This document shows, piece after piece, positions 11,407-23,473 of a stretch of 64,000 nucleotides of DNA. The position numbers and the translations under genes were made by a program. Positions within the stretch are counted from its first letter, which is position 1, and each line of letters begins with the position of its first letter. The DNA comes from a bacterium (GTDB taxonomy: Bacteria > Patescibacteriota > Patescibacteriia > Patescibacteriales > UBA12465). The DNA lies in the NCBI GenBank assembly GCA_030696105.1, contig JAUYNJ010000008.1:18030-82029 (forward strand). Direction: 5' to 3'. The notes under the pieces were generated by a model, which did no database searches, had not been told where the DNA came from, and saw only the letters and a list, made by a program, of their open reading frames with translations.

Positions 11407-12186
11407 TTAGGAGAGAAGAATAAAGCTAAAGAGAATTATCCCTAAAGCAATGCGATACCAGCCGAAGGCTTGGAAGTCATGCTTTTGAATATAGCGTAGG
11501 AAGAATTTAATACCTAAGACGGCAGTAATGAAGGCGGTAATTAAGCCGATAATCCAAATCCATAAGTCATTACCTGCCAGAACGGGTGGCGTTTTATACA
11601 AATCGAGCACAGTGGCGCCGAGCATGGTTGGGAGCGCAAGTAGAAACGAGAATTCGACAATGTTCTTGCGGGATACACCCAGTGATAAGCCACCCATAAT
11701 GGTCGCGGCTGAACGCGATACCCCGGGCACGACCGCTAGTGTCTGAAAGATGCCGATGAGAGCGGCTTGACGATAAGTTATATCCTCAAGAGGAATTTCT
11801 GCCTGTACTTTTTTCTTCGCAAAATATCGCTCTAGTATAATTAAGATAATACCACCGACGAGCAGGGCTCCGGCGATAAGAGGAAGGCTGTCTAGTAAAT
11901 AGTTTTTTACCACCCCGTAAATCGCAAAGCCGATAATGGCGGTTGGGATAAAGGCGGCGATGATTTTTAATATAATCTTCGGATTTTGTAGAATTCTTTT
12001 CGCGTATAAGACTGCGACGGAGAGAATCGCGCCCAGCTGGATAGAAATGAGGAAGCTGCTAAGAAACTCGCTCTCAGGAAGGCGTAAGGCCTTTGAGGCG
12101 ATGATGAGGTGGGCGGTGGAGGAGATGGGTAGGAATTCGGTGATTCCTTCAATAAGGCCGAGAATAATGGAATGTAGATAAGTCAT
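11407..12186 (-). CDS. uppP: Undecaprenyl-diphosphate phosphatase
   Basis: EGITEFLPISSTAH and PGVSRSAATI motifs; likely start MTYLHSII at 12186. Confidence 0.97.
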   Translation of the reverse strand: MTYLHSIILGLIEGITEFLPISSTAHLIIASKALRLPESEFLSSFLISIQLGAILSVAVLYAKRILQNPKIILKIIAAFIPTAIIGFAIYGVVKNYLLDSLPLIAGALLVGGIILIILERYFAKKKVQAEIPLEDITYRQAALIGIFQTLAVVPGVSRSAATIMGGLSLGVSRKNIVEFSFLLALPTMLGATVLDLYKTPPVLAGNDLWIWIIGLITAFITAVLGIKFFLRYIQKHDFQAFGWYRIALGIILFSFILLS

Positions 12187-12251
12187 AAATAATACATTGT
12201 TATTACTAACCTTGATTATATCGTAAAGGGGGTGAGTCTTCAAATGGATTC

Positions 12252-12317
12252 TTGACACTGGTCGGAAAATGCTCTAAAATAGGCTTAGGCTTAGCAGTCT
12301 ACAATTAAGACTGCTAA
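12252..12317 (+). promoter_or_regulatory. Sigma70 promoter plus CIRCE (HrcA operator) for groES-groEL
   Basis: TTGACA (12252), 17 bp, TAAAAT (12275), then TTAGCAGTC-N9-GACTGCTAA (12291-12317). Confidence 0.92.
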
Positions 12318-12411
12318 AATAACAATAATAAAAAATATATTAATATTAGCAAATAATTAAAGATAAGTAATCGTAATAATTACTTTCTTGATTAATTTGC
12401 CCTTCTGATTT

Positions 12412-12702
12412 ATGAAACTGAGACCACTCTCAAATCACGTCATCGTGAAAGCTGCCGCCCAGGAGGAAATGACCAAGTCCGGCATCGTTTTACCTGGCGC
12501 CTCCGAAAAAGAAAGGCCGGAAAAGGGCGAGATCATTGCCGTTGGTCCGGGTAAACAACTTGAGAACGGACAGATTGCTCCAATGAATGTTAAAATCGGT
12601 GACCAGGTCGTCTTTAAAAAGTATTCACCGGACGAAATTAAGATTGATGGTGAGGAATATTTAATTCTCGAGGAAAGCGACATTGTCGCAATTATTGATT
12701 AA
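12412..12702 (+). CDS. groES: Co-chaperonin GroES
   Basis: LRPL, TKSGIVLP, AVGPG and IDGEEYLIL motifs. Confidence 0.99.
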   Translation: MKLRPLSNHVIVKAAAQEEMTKSGIVLPGASEKERPEKGEIIAVGPGKQLENGQIAPMNVKIGDQVVFKKYSPDEIKIDGEEYLILEESDIVAIID

Positions 12703-12708
12703 GCATAA

Positions 12709-14388
<1,680 letters not shown>

Positions 14389-14408
14389 GAATAATCTATA
14401 CTTTAGCC

Positions 14409-14436
14409 AAAAAGGGACTCGCGACAGTCCCTTTTT
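14409..14436 (+). terminator. Intrinsic terminator after groEL
   Basis: aaaaagggact-cgcgac-agtcccttttt. Confidence 0.85.
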
Positions 14437-14510
14437 GTTTTGCTGTAATCAGCTTGGTTAGGAGCAATTATTTTGCTATAATATGATTATAAAAATAACA
14501 CTTTAAGTAT

Positions 14511-15005
14511 ATGAAACGCGTGTCTAAACTCAAAAAAGTAATTAAGAAGAAAGAGACTGTCGTCGCAGTTTCTGGTTATTTTAATCCGCTTCACGTCGGA
14601 CATCTCGAGATGATAAGATTGGCTAAGAGATTGGGGGATAAGCTCGTTGTTATTGTTAACAACGACAAGCAAGTTGCATTGAAAGGGCGCGTCTCATTTA
14701 TGCCAGAGCGTGATCGCGTCGAAATCATCAAAGCCTTGCGTGACGTTGACCGGGTTGTGTTAGCGGTTGACGATTATCGCTGGCCTGACGGGGAAATTCC
14801 GGTTATTAAAACACTCGCCAAGGTGAGACCAAACATTTTTGCTAATGGCGGTGACCGACACAACTTGGCCAATGTGCCTGAGTTTGAGGTGTGTCAAAAG
14901 TATAATATTAAGATGGTTGATGGTTTGGGTAAGAAAATTAGAGCTAGCTCGCAATTAATAGCTGCGGCGGCGATAAAAAAGGCAAAGCTAAAAGTAAAAA
15001 AATAA
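14511..15005 (+). CDS. Cytidylyl/adenylyltransferase-family protein (HxGH; TagD/RibL-like)
   Basis: SGYFNPLHVGH, IVNND and FANGGDR motifs. Confidence 0.85.
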   Translation: MKRVSKLKKVIKKKETVVAVSGYFNPLHVGHLEMIRLAKRLGDKLVVIVNNDKQVALKGRVSFMPERDRVEIIKALRDVDRVVLAVDDYRWPDGEIPVIKTLAKVRPNIFANGGDRHNLANVPEFEVCQKYNIKMVDGLGKKIRASSQLIAAAAIKKAKLKVKK

Positions 15006-15009
15006 GAAA

Positions 15010-15909
15010 ATGAAATATTTACGTTACACAATTTATACAGCGATTGTCCTGCTGGTCGTGATATCGATATTGAATGTTATTACCGGCGGCAGGGTTTCTG
15101 CGCGCCTGGAGCGATTATTTGCAAAGGAAGAACCGGCAACAATAGCACTGCGTGAAGAGAAAACGGTGCGCTTTATTGAGGGCTGGACAAACAAAGAGAT
15201 GTCGCAGTATCTTGAGGGTCAAGGCTTGTGGCAGAGTGAAGAAGTGCTGGCAGTAATTGGTTTTCCGCAAGTAGACTATAGTCGTGAAACTGAATTGCCC
15301 GCACCTCTCGATCTTTCCGAGCGTTACGATTTCTTAAAAGATAAACCAACGAATCGCGGACTTGAAGGATATTTATATCCCGACACCTACCGCGTTTTTG
15401 CGGCTAGTTCGACGCCGGCTGAGTTAGTGATAAAAATGTTGGATAATCTTAATCGACGTTTGACGCCGCAGATGCGTGAAGATATTGCTAGTCAAGGAAG
15501 GACAGTTTATGAAATTATGACGATGGCTTCGATTTTAGAAAGAGAAGCACCGATTAATTATGCGACTTCTGATAATAAAGATGCGCGCATTATTTCTGGT
15601 ATATTTTGGGATCGCATTAAAGTCGGTCAAGCTTTACAGTCCTGTGCCTCACTTGCCTATATTCTTGGTGTGAATAAACCTCAGTATAGCGCGGAAGATA
15701 CTATGATTGAGTCTCCTTACAATACCTATAAATATCGCGGTCTGCCTCCAGGTCCAATTAGTAATCCTGGCATCTTGGCAATTGAAGCAGCAATTTATCC
15801 GACAAAAACAAATTATAATTATTTCCTGACACCGGCTGGCACAAGTGATATTATTTACGCTGCTACCTATCAAGAACACTTGAACAACAAGTATAAATAT
15901 TTGCCATAA
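15010..15909 (+). CDS. mltG: Endolytic transglycosylase MltG
   Basis: N-terminal TM, LEGYLYPDTY, ASILERE and SPYNTYKYRGLPPGPISNPG motifs. Confidence 0.93.
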   Translation: MKYLRYTIYTAIVLLVVISILNVITGGRVSARLERLFAKEEPATIALREEKTVRFIEGWTNKEMSQYLEGQGLWQSEEVLAVIGFPQVDYSRETELPAPLDLSERYDFLKDKPTNRGLEGYLYPDTYRVFAASSTPAELVIKMLDNLNRRLTPQMREDIASQGRTVYEIMTMASILEREAPINYATSDNKDARIISGIFWDRIKVGQALQSCASLAYILGVNKPQYSAEDTMIESPYNTYKYRGLPPGPISNPGILAIEAAIYPTKTNYNYFLTPAGTSDIIYAATYQEHLNNKYKYLP

Positions 15910-15913
15910 TATT

Positions 15914-18298
15914 ATGTTCGAACAGACTGATCTAAACGGAAAGACAGGGGAGAAGCCCGTTAGTGGGGCAAATAATTTTATTGACCCAGCCGGCGCGCGA
16001 GATATACCAGGCGATGGGATTGATAATAAAAAAAGGAAGCTACTCGTAATTGGCACCATCTTTGTCTTAATTGTTATTGCCTTTGCTACCTGGTTTTTGG
16101 TGCGTAGTTTTAGGATTGCGACTCATGACCCGTCAGACGATGTGACGGCAACTACAACTGAGCCAACGTATCTTGGCGGACTACAGCCAGAAGGAGATGA
16201 TGGCGACTTGGATGAGGATGGCGTTGCGGGCGAGGGCAATGAGGTTGAGTACATGTCATTCGCTGACTTTTATCAGCAACCAGCCGAACGTGTGAATGCG
16301 GACTCATACGCTACTTACGACTTGCCGCTCAATGTTAAAGTTGACGTGGCAAACTATTATGAACTTTCACGTAAACTAAATCTCGAGGGTGGACTAACTG
16401 CTTTGAATAATCAGGGCTTTGTAGTTATAGATAACCCTTTTGCTAAGGAGGCCCCGGATTTTTATGCGCTGACATCACTGCTTGATCAGAAACAAATACC
16501 GCTATATGTGAGCGCTGACTTTATTTCCTATTATTATCAAAATGCCCTTAAGGCAGCTTTTAAGGACGTGGAAGAAGGCGTCTTTTTTGATAGTCTTTGG
16601 CAGATCAGTAAGGCATTATATGATAGTTCCCGCGCCCGTTACGAGGCGCACTTCTCCGAAGTTGGCACCCGTAACGACCGTATTTTAGAAGGCGAGCGTT
16701 TACAAACAGCCTTCTTTGCCGTCGCTCTCGAGCTGCTCAAACCACAAGTTGACCAAGTCGACACGGAGAATAAATTCAATGCGGGTAAGTTCAGTGTGCA
16801 AGAAAAACAGCGCCTCGATTTCACTGTCCCGTCTTATTTACGCGATGATGTGATAAAAGAGCTTGAACTAATTCGTTCTTCGAGAGAAAAAAAGAAGTCT
16901 CCTGTTTTGCTTTACGATCGTGATTACAAAGATTTCCTGGTGCCGGCGGAGTATAAAGATAATGCCCGCTTAAATAATTTCTATTTAGCGGCCGCTTGGT
17001 TAAATTCAGTTTTTCCTCTCAACTACCGCGACGAAACTTGTGCCGACTGTCTACTAGACCGCGATGACTGGCGCATTAATTTTACAGCCGCCTCTTTAAT
17101 CGCGCAGGACTTTGCAAAGAATCAGGAATTAAAAAATGAATGGGCCCGTGTCTATAAGACGATGTCATTCTTTAAGGGTCTGCGTGATACTTGGGATTAT
17201 GTCGGCTATCGTGACAGCGCTAAAAATTTGTTTGGTGAAGATTATGACATTGCTCTTGTCTTCGCGGAGGACGCGCCTGAGGGTGAAGAGAACATGCAAA
17301 AATTAAGACGTGAACTGCTTGCGCGTACAGTGGTACCGATGCAGGGCGGCTTGAGCTTGCAAACAATGGAAGGTTATAAGCGGGCTGGCTTTCAATTTTT
17401 AGCAGATTTTTACTGGCCAAATGAATTTATTTTTGGTCGCGTGAGCTATCCCACGGTTGGGGTCTATCAGGGCGGAGACAGGCCAGCTGGCGGCAATGTA
17501 ACTGCATGTATGTTTGATAGACGTAATCAGCGCTGCCAAGGTTCGGGGCAAGATATTTTGAAAATGATTTATCCTGACTGGACTAGCACTGCATATTTAG
17601 AAAATTCTAACTACGCCAATTATAACACAGCGATGTCTGCTTTGCGCCCGCAAGCGAACGAGGCCATGAAGGGACAATTAAACAATTACTGGTCGTCATT
17701 ATTTATTTGGCAAAATCATCTCAATGCGGCTTCTGAGAATTTACCACCATATTTGCGCACCACGGCCTGGACAGAGCGAAAGGCGATTAGTGCCCTCGGT
17801 GCCTGGACAGACATGCAGTTACCAGCCGATAAACTGACTTTACGGAAACAAGATTATACCACCGGCTTAGCGATATTGAGCGATGCTCCTGATTTTGCTT
17901 TAGTTGAGCCCTCTGTCGTCTTCTACGATCGCTTGCTTGCACATAACCGCATGATTTTAGAGATGTTTCAGGCGCTTGGTTTGGGTGAAAGATCAACGCT
18001 TGCGACTAACAGATTGCGTGACTCCTATCGTCAGCTTGAAAACTTGCGCACCATCGCGGAAAAGCAGTCAAAGGGCGAAAAACTCGTAGCTGAAGATACG
18101 CAAGTCATTCGTGAATTTGCACGTATGCAAACGGTAGAGAAGGCGGGTAGTAAAATATTGTCTTGGAGTAATGGCTTCCTCGGCGCAACCCTAAAAGAAA
18201 GACTCCACTTGCCCTCACTGATGGTTATTGCGCATAAAGCGGGTGAGGAAATAGTTTTCGCCGTCGGCCCAGTCTTTAATTATCAGGAGAGTAAATAA
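15914..18298 (+). CDS. Membrane-anchored DUF3160-like protein
   Basis: Single TM, acidic linker, and NQGFVV, YVSADF and C-terminal GPVFNYQE segments resembling DUF3160; recognised by eye. Confidence 0.7.
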   Translation: MFEQTDLNGKTGEKPVSGANNFIDPAGARDIPGDGIDNKKRKLLVIGTIFVLIVIAFATWFLVRSFRIATHDPSDDVTATTTEPTYLGGLQPEGDDGDLDEDGVAGEGNEVEYMSFADFYQQPAERVNADSYATYDLPLNVKVDVANYYELSRKLNLEGGLTALNNQGFVVIDNPFAKEAPDFYALTSLLDQKQIPLYVSADFISYYYQNALKAAFKDVEEGVFFDSLWQISKALYDSSRARYEAHFSEVGTRNDRILEGERLQTAFFAVALELLKPQVDQVDTENKFNAGKFSVQEKQRLDFTVPSYLRDDVIKELELIRSSREKKKSPVLLYDRDYKDFLVPAEYKDNARLNNFYLAAAWLNSVFPLNYRDETCADCLLDRDDWRINFTAASLIAQDFAKNQELKNEWARVYKTMSFFKGLRDTWDYVGYRDSAKNLFGEDYDIALVFAEDAPEGEENMQKLRRELLARTVVPMQGGLSLQTMEGYKRAGFQFLADFYWPNEFIFGRVSYPTVGVYQGGDRPAGGNVTACMFDRRNQRCQGSGQDILKMIYPDWTSTAYLENSNYANYNTAMSALRPQANEAMKGQLNNYWSSLFIWQNHLNAASENLPPYLRTTAWTERKAISALGAWTDMQLPADKLTLRKQDYTTGLAILSDAPDFALVEPSVVFYDRLLAHNRMILEMFQALGLGERSTLATNRLRDSYRQLENLRTIAEKQSKGEKLVAEDTQVIREFARMQTVEKAGSKILSWSNGFLGATLKERLHLPSLMVIAHKAGEEIVFAVGPVFNYQESK

Positions 18299-18315
18299 AT
18301 AATCTAGAGAATTAT

Positions 18316-18344
18316 AAAAGCACCTGTCACCAGGTGCTTTTTTT
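18316..18344. terminator. Bidirectional intrinsic terminator
   Basis: aaaagcacctg-tcac-caggtgctttttt between convergent genes. Confidence 0.85.
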
Positions 18345-18365
18345 GATTTCGATTAATAATTAATG

Positions 18366-20282
18366 CTACCTAATATACTCAAACACATGCACGTCGCCCT
18401 GGTTTAGTCTTTGCCAGCTATCGGCGCTTAGTTTGGCTTCGGCAATGATCTTGTCACTGGCCCACCAATAACGGTTGATAATTAAGAAAGACCTATCAAC
18501 GCCAACCATCGTCATCGCTCTTGTCATCGTTTCGCGGTCAGCTTTGATATAGACCATGTCTAAAAAGTATTGATACAAAGGACCGCCGGTGGGAATGGGA
18601 TAGAAATACATTTCGTCGCCATTAACTTGCAGGTAGCGCTCGCGAAAGCCGAACTCTCGCAAAGCGGCAGCGCTCACTTGTTGATTAGTGAGCACGATGT
18701 ATTTCTCGCCCGCAGAGAGCTCTTCTGCGGCCCGTACAGCCGCCACATCAGCGGCACTGGTTGAATAGCCACGAGAGTTATGATAGTTATCGAAGCGCGG
18801 ATAGGAGGCGTAGACAGCGACGAGCAGGAGTAAAGATAATCCTATCGCTGTCGATATCTTCGCGGGGCGAGAGAGGGCGAGAGCACGATGAGATGCTTGA
18901 TAAAAGAATTCCCAAAACAAGGGGATGACAATAATTAAGGCAATCACCGGGAGTCTGGCGGCGTAATCATCTTGTTCGTAGGCGATGAGGCCTTCGAAAT
19001 GAAAGCCGCGACTAATTAAGTAAGCAATCATGGCGGCTAGAGCGGAGAGTGCAAGCACTTTAGCAACGCGAAAACTATTACTCTCTTCATTTGGCCACAA
19101 TCGTCTTCTTCCAAAGAAAATTAAAACAAGGGTGGTCAATAATAACCAGAAGTAATTTTTGATGAGGAAGTAAGCTAAGTCTAAGGCGTATGTTTCCTGG
19201 TTGGTTAACACCGGCATCAATAAATCGAGATTGTAACTTTGCAGTTGTAATGGTCCAAAGCCGGCAATCGCCCAGATAGATAAACTAAAGGCGACAATGG
19301 CTGCCCCTAAAATATAGGCAGGCTTGCGGTATACGCGCCATTTACTAATGTGCGGAAGAACTCGAGGCGCTAGTATCCAGGCACTTAAAAAAATGGCAGG
19401 AAGACCAGCGAGCGGATGAACCGCAAAGGCCGCGACGGCAGTTGTGACTGACAATGACCAGGGGGCATTTTTATAGAGAAAGATGATGGTGATGAGCAGT
19501 AGTAGGTAGCTAAAGTTCTGCGGCGTCGTCATGATCAACGGTGAGAAGCCGATGAAGAGCAGGCTGAGACTTGCGAGCCAAGTTGCCGCCTTATCACGGC
19601 GGCCGCGGTGTAAATAGGGAAGTATCAATGCCAGCGAGAGCGCGCTTAAAAGCGGGAGGAGCCACTGATTCACGTAGAAGACGCTAAGGCCAATTTTATC
19701 TAAGAAGGTGACCAGGCTATATTGACCAAGGTAGTATGGAGTTTTTGGGGAAATGAAACCGTAGCGACTGATTTCGGCCATGGCCGCTTGATGAATAAAG
19801 GGGTCAAAGCCATAGCAGAGGCGATAGACAATCGCGGCCACACAAAAAATGCTGACGAAGAAGGAAAATAGTAACACCTTTTTAAATGTCGCGGAAATAT
19901 TACGGCTTAAAGCCAAGATGAGCGCTAAAGCGCTTAAGCTAAGAGCCACAAAGAACCAAGCGCTAACTTCCGTCCAGGGGGTGATTATAGCGCTATCGGT
20001 ACGGGCCTGAAAAGCGATGATAATCGCTGTGATGGCGAGACCGAGGCTAAGAAAGCCGTAAATGAGCCCGCTTATGCTTTTCTCCTCTTGTTCTGATGAG
20101 GGTTTTATTTGGCGAAGAGAGGGGCGGAGAGCGTAATACATGAAGCCGGTGATGAGCAAACTCGCAGCGATGCCAAGCCAATCAAGGGCGTAAAAATAAT
20201 AAACCAGAGCTCCAGCGCTTAAATAAAGCATGAGCAGGATCCAAAAGTCGTAAAAATTGAAGACGAAACGATTGATTTTCAT
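18366..20282 (-). CDS. Polytopic membrane protein, possibly a GT-C-fold glycosyltransferase
   Basis: Many TM helices, a GFDPFIH loop motif and a soluble C-terminal domain. Confidence 0.6.
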   Translation of the reverse strand: MKINRFVFNFYDFWILLMLYLSAGALVYYFYALDWLGIAASLLITGFMYYALRPSLRQIKPSSEQEEKSISGLIYGFLSLGLAITAIIIAFQARTDSAIITPWTEVSAWFFVALSLSALALILALSRNISATFKKVLLFSFFVSIFCVAAIVYRLCYGFDPFIHQAAMAEISRYGFISPKTPYYLGQYSLVTFLDKIGLSVFYVNQWLLPLLSALSLALILPYLHRGRRDKAATWLASLSLLFIGFSPLIMTTPQNFSYLLLLITIIFLYKNAPWSLSVTTAVAAFAVHPLAGLPAIFLSAWILAPRVLPHISKWRVYRKPAYILGAAIVAFSLSIWAIAGFGPLQLQSYNLDLLMPVLTNQETYALDLAYFLIKNYFWLLLTTLVLIFFGRRRLWPNEESNSFRVAKVLALSALAAMIAYLISRGFHFEGLIAYEQDDYAARLPVIALIIVIPLFWEFFYQASHRALALSRPAKISTAIGLSLLLLVAVYASYPRFDNYHNSRGYSTSAADVAAVRAAEELSAGEKYIVLTNQQVSAAALREFGFRERYLQVNGDEMYFYPIPTGGPLYQYFLDMVYIKADRETMTRAMTMVGVDRSFLIINRYWWASDKIIAEAKLSADSWQRLNQGDVHVFEYIR

Positions 20283-20365
20283 ATTACTAATATCATAGCA
20301 AATTCTTGCTAATTCGGGTAATTTTGGCTACTATAAGAATGTGAGTTATTAAGGCCGTATTACCT

Positions 20366-22150
20366 ATGAAATTACGCTGGTTTTGGCAAAAATTAGACTA
20401 TATTATCCTCGCTCTGCTCGTGGTCGGTTTTTTTGTCGCGAGCTCCCTGTTTAATTACTATACTCAAGAGCCAGGTTATGTTAAATTTCTGTCTCCCGAT
20501 GAAACAGCGAACTATTTTTTTGCACGTCACTATGCGGAGTCGGGCGTAATCTCGGTTTTTGAACCTGCAAACCTTATCGCGGAAGAAGTGGTACAGCCAC
20601 GTAGCATCCGCAGCGATCACGGCTGGTTAAAACCGGTTAGCTTCCTCGGCATTATTTTAGTATATGGCAAAATCGCCTCGGTTTTTGGAACGGGCGTAAT
20701 TCCATATTTAACACCCTTCTTTGCCTCGCTAGGAATACTATTTTTCTATGGCTTCGTGCGCAAGCTGTTTGGTCGACAAGCAGCCATCATCGCCGCGAGT
20801 CTATTGGCTGCTTTCCCGGTATATTTTTTCTACACCACGCGCAGCATGTTTCACAATATTATCTTCACCTTCTTTTTGCTGGGAGGGGCTTTCTTTTTAG
20901 TGTACAGCGTTGGTCCAAAGGAGAATGAGAAGACGAAGTTTCTTAGCTTTAAATTAAAAGCGAGTCAGTGGTGGATGTTTTTGTGGTCATTTCTCGCGGG
21001 TATATGTTTTGGTGGTGCTGCCGGAGCGCGCTCATCTGAATTACTTTGGCTTGCACCGGTTTTATTTATCGCCTGGCTATTTTATGCCCGCCGTCTCGGT
21101 CTTACCCGTCTTGTACTAATGGCGAGCGGGATTATTCTAGCCTTATTACCAATATTTTATTGGAATCAAATTTTATACTCCTCTCCTTTTTACGGCGGCT
21201 ACGGGGAAATGAATCAGTCGATATCGCAAATTACAAAGGCGAGCAGCAACCTAGTGCAATCAACGGTCAAAGGTAACTTTTCTCAGTATCGCGCGGTCGC
21301 TGATACTTTAATGGAGAATATTTTTTACTTTGGTTATCAGCCTTATCAATCACTGAAGATGTTTTATTATTACGTCGTTGTGATGTTTCCGATTTTGGTC
21401 GGACTGGCTTTCGTTGGGGGCATTGTCTTTCTGACGCGACTGCGCCGAAAATCAATACGACCGGCGATGCTTTATATTGTTTCTTGGATTGTATTGTCTG
21501 TGATTCTTGTATTTTACTACGGTTCCTGGAAATTTAATGATAATCCTGACCCTAGTCGCTTCACCATTGGTAATTCCTATACACGCTACTGGCTACCGAT
21601 GTATATTATGGCACTTCCGTTCGCGGCTTTAGCAATAAGTTTTTTTGCGCGCCTGTTGTCTAAGATTGTCTGGCTTAAACCAGGCGTCGAATGGCGCACG
21701 CGTTCTCGTCGGCTAATTGCCGATGGGTCCGCCTTCATGATGACCGGCTTAGTGATGTTTTTCTTCTTCATTTTTACCGTTTTTGGCTCCGAAGAAGGGC
21801 TGATTAATTTGTATTATAATCACGCGATTGATAAGGCTAACGCTGAGGCAATATTGGAAATAACTCCTGAAAATGCTATAATAATGACCCAGTATCATGA
21901 TAAGCAGTTATTTCCCGATCGTAAGGTTATTAATGCCTTACTGACAAACGATACAGTGAATGCGAGCGTGGGTAAAATTCTGGAACATTATCCGGTATAT
22001 TATTTCAATTTTGCTTTTCCCGAAAAAGATCTCATATATTTAAATGAAAGGCGCCTACCAAACTTCGGCTTTACCCTTGAGTTACTGATGAGGCGTGGCC
22101 GTTTTGGCCTGTATGAGTTAAAAGCAATTGAAGAGCTGCCGGCTCAGTAA
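20366..22150 (+). CDS. GT-C-fold (PMT/ArnT-like) membrane glycosyltransferase
   Basis: SPDE acidic motif after TM1, many TMs and an RYWLP motif. Confidence 0.75.
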   Translation: MKLRWFWQKLDYIILALLVVGFFVASSLFNYYTQEPGYVKFLSPDETANYFFARHYAESGVISVFEPANLIAEEVVQPRSIRSDHGWLKPVSFLGIILVYGKIASVFGTGVIPYLTPFFASLGILFFYGFVRKLFGRQAAIIAASLLAAFPVYFFYTTRSMFHNIIFTFFLLGGAFFLVYSVGPKENEKTKFLSFKLKASQWWMFLWSFLAGICFGGAAGARSSELLWLAPVLFIAWLFYARRLGLTRLVLMASGIILALLPIFYWNQILYSSPFYGGYGEMNQSISQITKASSNLVQSTVKGNFSQYRAVADTLMENIFYFGYQPYQSLKMFYYYVVVMFPILVGLAFVGGIVFLTRLRRKSIRPAMLYIVSWIVLSVILVFYYGSWKFNDNPDPSRFTIGNSYTRYWLPMYIMALPFAALAISFFARLLSKIVWLKPGVEWRTRSRRLIADGSAFMMTGLVMFFFFIFTVFGSEEGLINLYYNHAIDKANAEAILEITPENAIIMTQYHDKQLFPDRKVINALLTNDTVNASVGKILEHYPVYYFNFAFPEKDLIYLNERRLPNFGFTLELLMRRGRFGLYELKAIEELPAQ

Positions 22151-22162
22151 AAACTTTACTCT

Positions 22163-23473
22163 ATGCAATACCATATTATAACTATCGGGTGCCAGATGAA
22201 TAAAGCAGACAGCGAACGTGTGTCCGCTTTTTTGGAGTCACACGGCTATGCCAACAAAAAAGATTGGCTTGGCGCTGACTTGGTTATTCTCACGACTTGT
22301 GGCATTCGTCAGTCCGCTGAGGATAGGGTGTACGGACTTGTAAATCAAATACGTAAAAATAATCCTAAAGCCTCACTGATTATTACCGGTTGTTTGGCTA
22401 AGCGCGAAGACGTGAAGCGACGTCTTAAGGGAAGGGTTGATTTGTTTATGCCTATAAATGAGTTACCTAATATTTTTGCTTTACTAAAAAGTTGTAAGCA
22501 GGACGGCACTTTAAGCTCTGAGGAGGTGCGGGCGCTCAGTGGTGAAAAATATTTAACGATTACCCCGCGCTATGAAAGTGATTTTAGCGCTTATGTGCCA
22601 ATAGGCAATGGTTGTAATAATTTTTGTTCATATTGCGTTGTGCCTTATGCACGTGGACGCGAAGTCTATCGACCAGCCGCCGATATTATTTCGGAGGTGA
22701 AAGCCTTAGTAAAAAAAGGATTTAAAGAAATTACCCTTATCGCGCAAAACGTAAATAGCTACAAGAGCGCTCGCACCGATTTCCCAAAACTGCTCAGTCG
22801 CCTCAGCGTGATTCCCGGTGAATTCTGGATACGTTTTTCTTCAAGTCATCCGAAGGATTTGTCTGATGAGTTAATTAAAGTTATAGCCTCGTCGGAGAAT
22901 ATTTGTAATCACTTGCACGTCGCGGTGCAATCTGGCGATGATAAAATACTCGAAGCGATGAATCGCAAATATACCGCCGTCCACTTTGTTAGCCTTATTA
23001 AGAAAATCAGAGAAGCGAGACCGGGAATTGCGATAACAACCGACGCTATTGTCGGTTTTCCTGGAGAGACGCACCAGCAATTTCTTAAAACCGCAAAATT
23101 ATTCCGTGAGCTTGAGTTTGATATGGCCTATACCGCGCGCTATAGCCCGCGCCCGGGAACTGTGTCTTGGAAAATGAAAGACAATGTGAGTCGCGAAGAC
23201 AAACGCATGCGCGAAGAAACGCTGACAAAAATATTAGCTAAAACCGGACTCAAGGCAAACAAGGCATATTTGAAAAAAGAGATTACCGTTCTCGCTGAAG
23301 GCAAGAATCGCAAGGGTAATTACTACGGCAAGACTTCAAGTTTTAAGACGGTTATTTTCAATGTGCCACCTGCTCTTAAGGCGCAAGAGGTGGTCGGAAA
23401 TTTTGTACAGGTAAAAATAAACCGAGTTCACGACTTCGGTTTGGAAGGAGAATATGTCAAAACAGGTAAATAA
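22163..23473 (+). CDS. miaB: tRNA-i6A37 methylthiotransferase MiaB
   Basis: GCQMNKADSE, TCGIR, CNNFCSYC, IVGFPGET and YSPRPGT motifs; adjacent to miaA. Confidence 0.93.
   Translation: MQYHIITIGCQMNKADSERVSAFLESHGYANKKDWLGADLVILTTCGIRQSAEDRVYGLVNQIRKNNPKASLIITGCLAKREDVKRRLKGRVDLFMPINELPNIFALLKSCKQDGTLSSEEVRALSGEKYLTITPRYESDFSAYVPIGNGCNNFCSYCVVPYARGREVYRPAADIISEVKALVKKGFKEITLIAQNVNSYKSARTDFPKLLSRLSVIPGEFWIRFSSSHPKDLSDELIKVIASSENICNHLHVAVQSGDDKILEAMNRKYTAVHFVSLIKKIREARPGIAITTDAIVGFPGETHQQFLKTAKLFRELEFDMAYTARYSPRPGTVSWKMKDNVSREDKRMREETLTKILAKTGLKANKAYLKKEITVLAEGKNRKGNYYGKTSSFKTVIFNVPPALKAQEVVGNFVQVKINRVHDFGLEGEYVKTGK

Noticed and set aside
12355..12397. AT-rich hairpin in the groES leader as an RNA thermometer
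   Set aside because: It does not cover the start codon or an SD, and such pairing is easily obtained by chance in AT-rich DNA.
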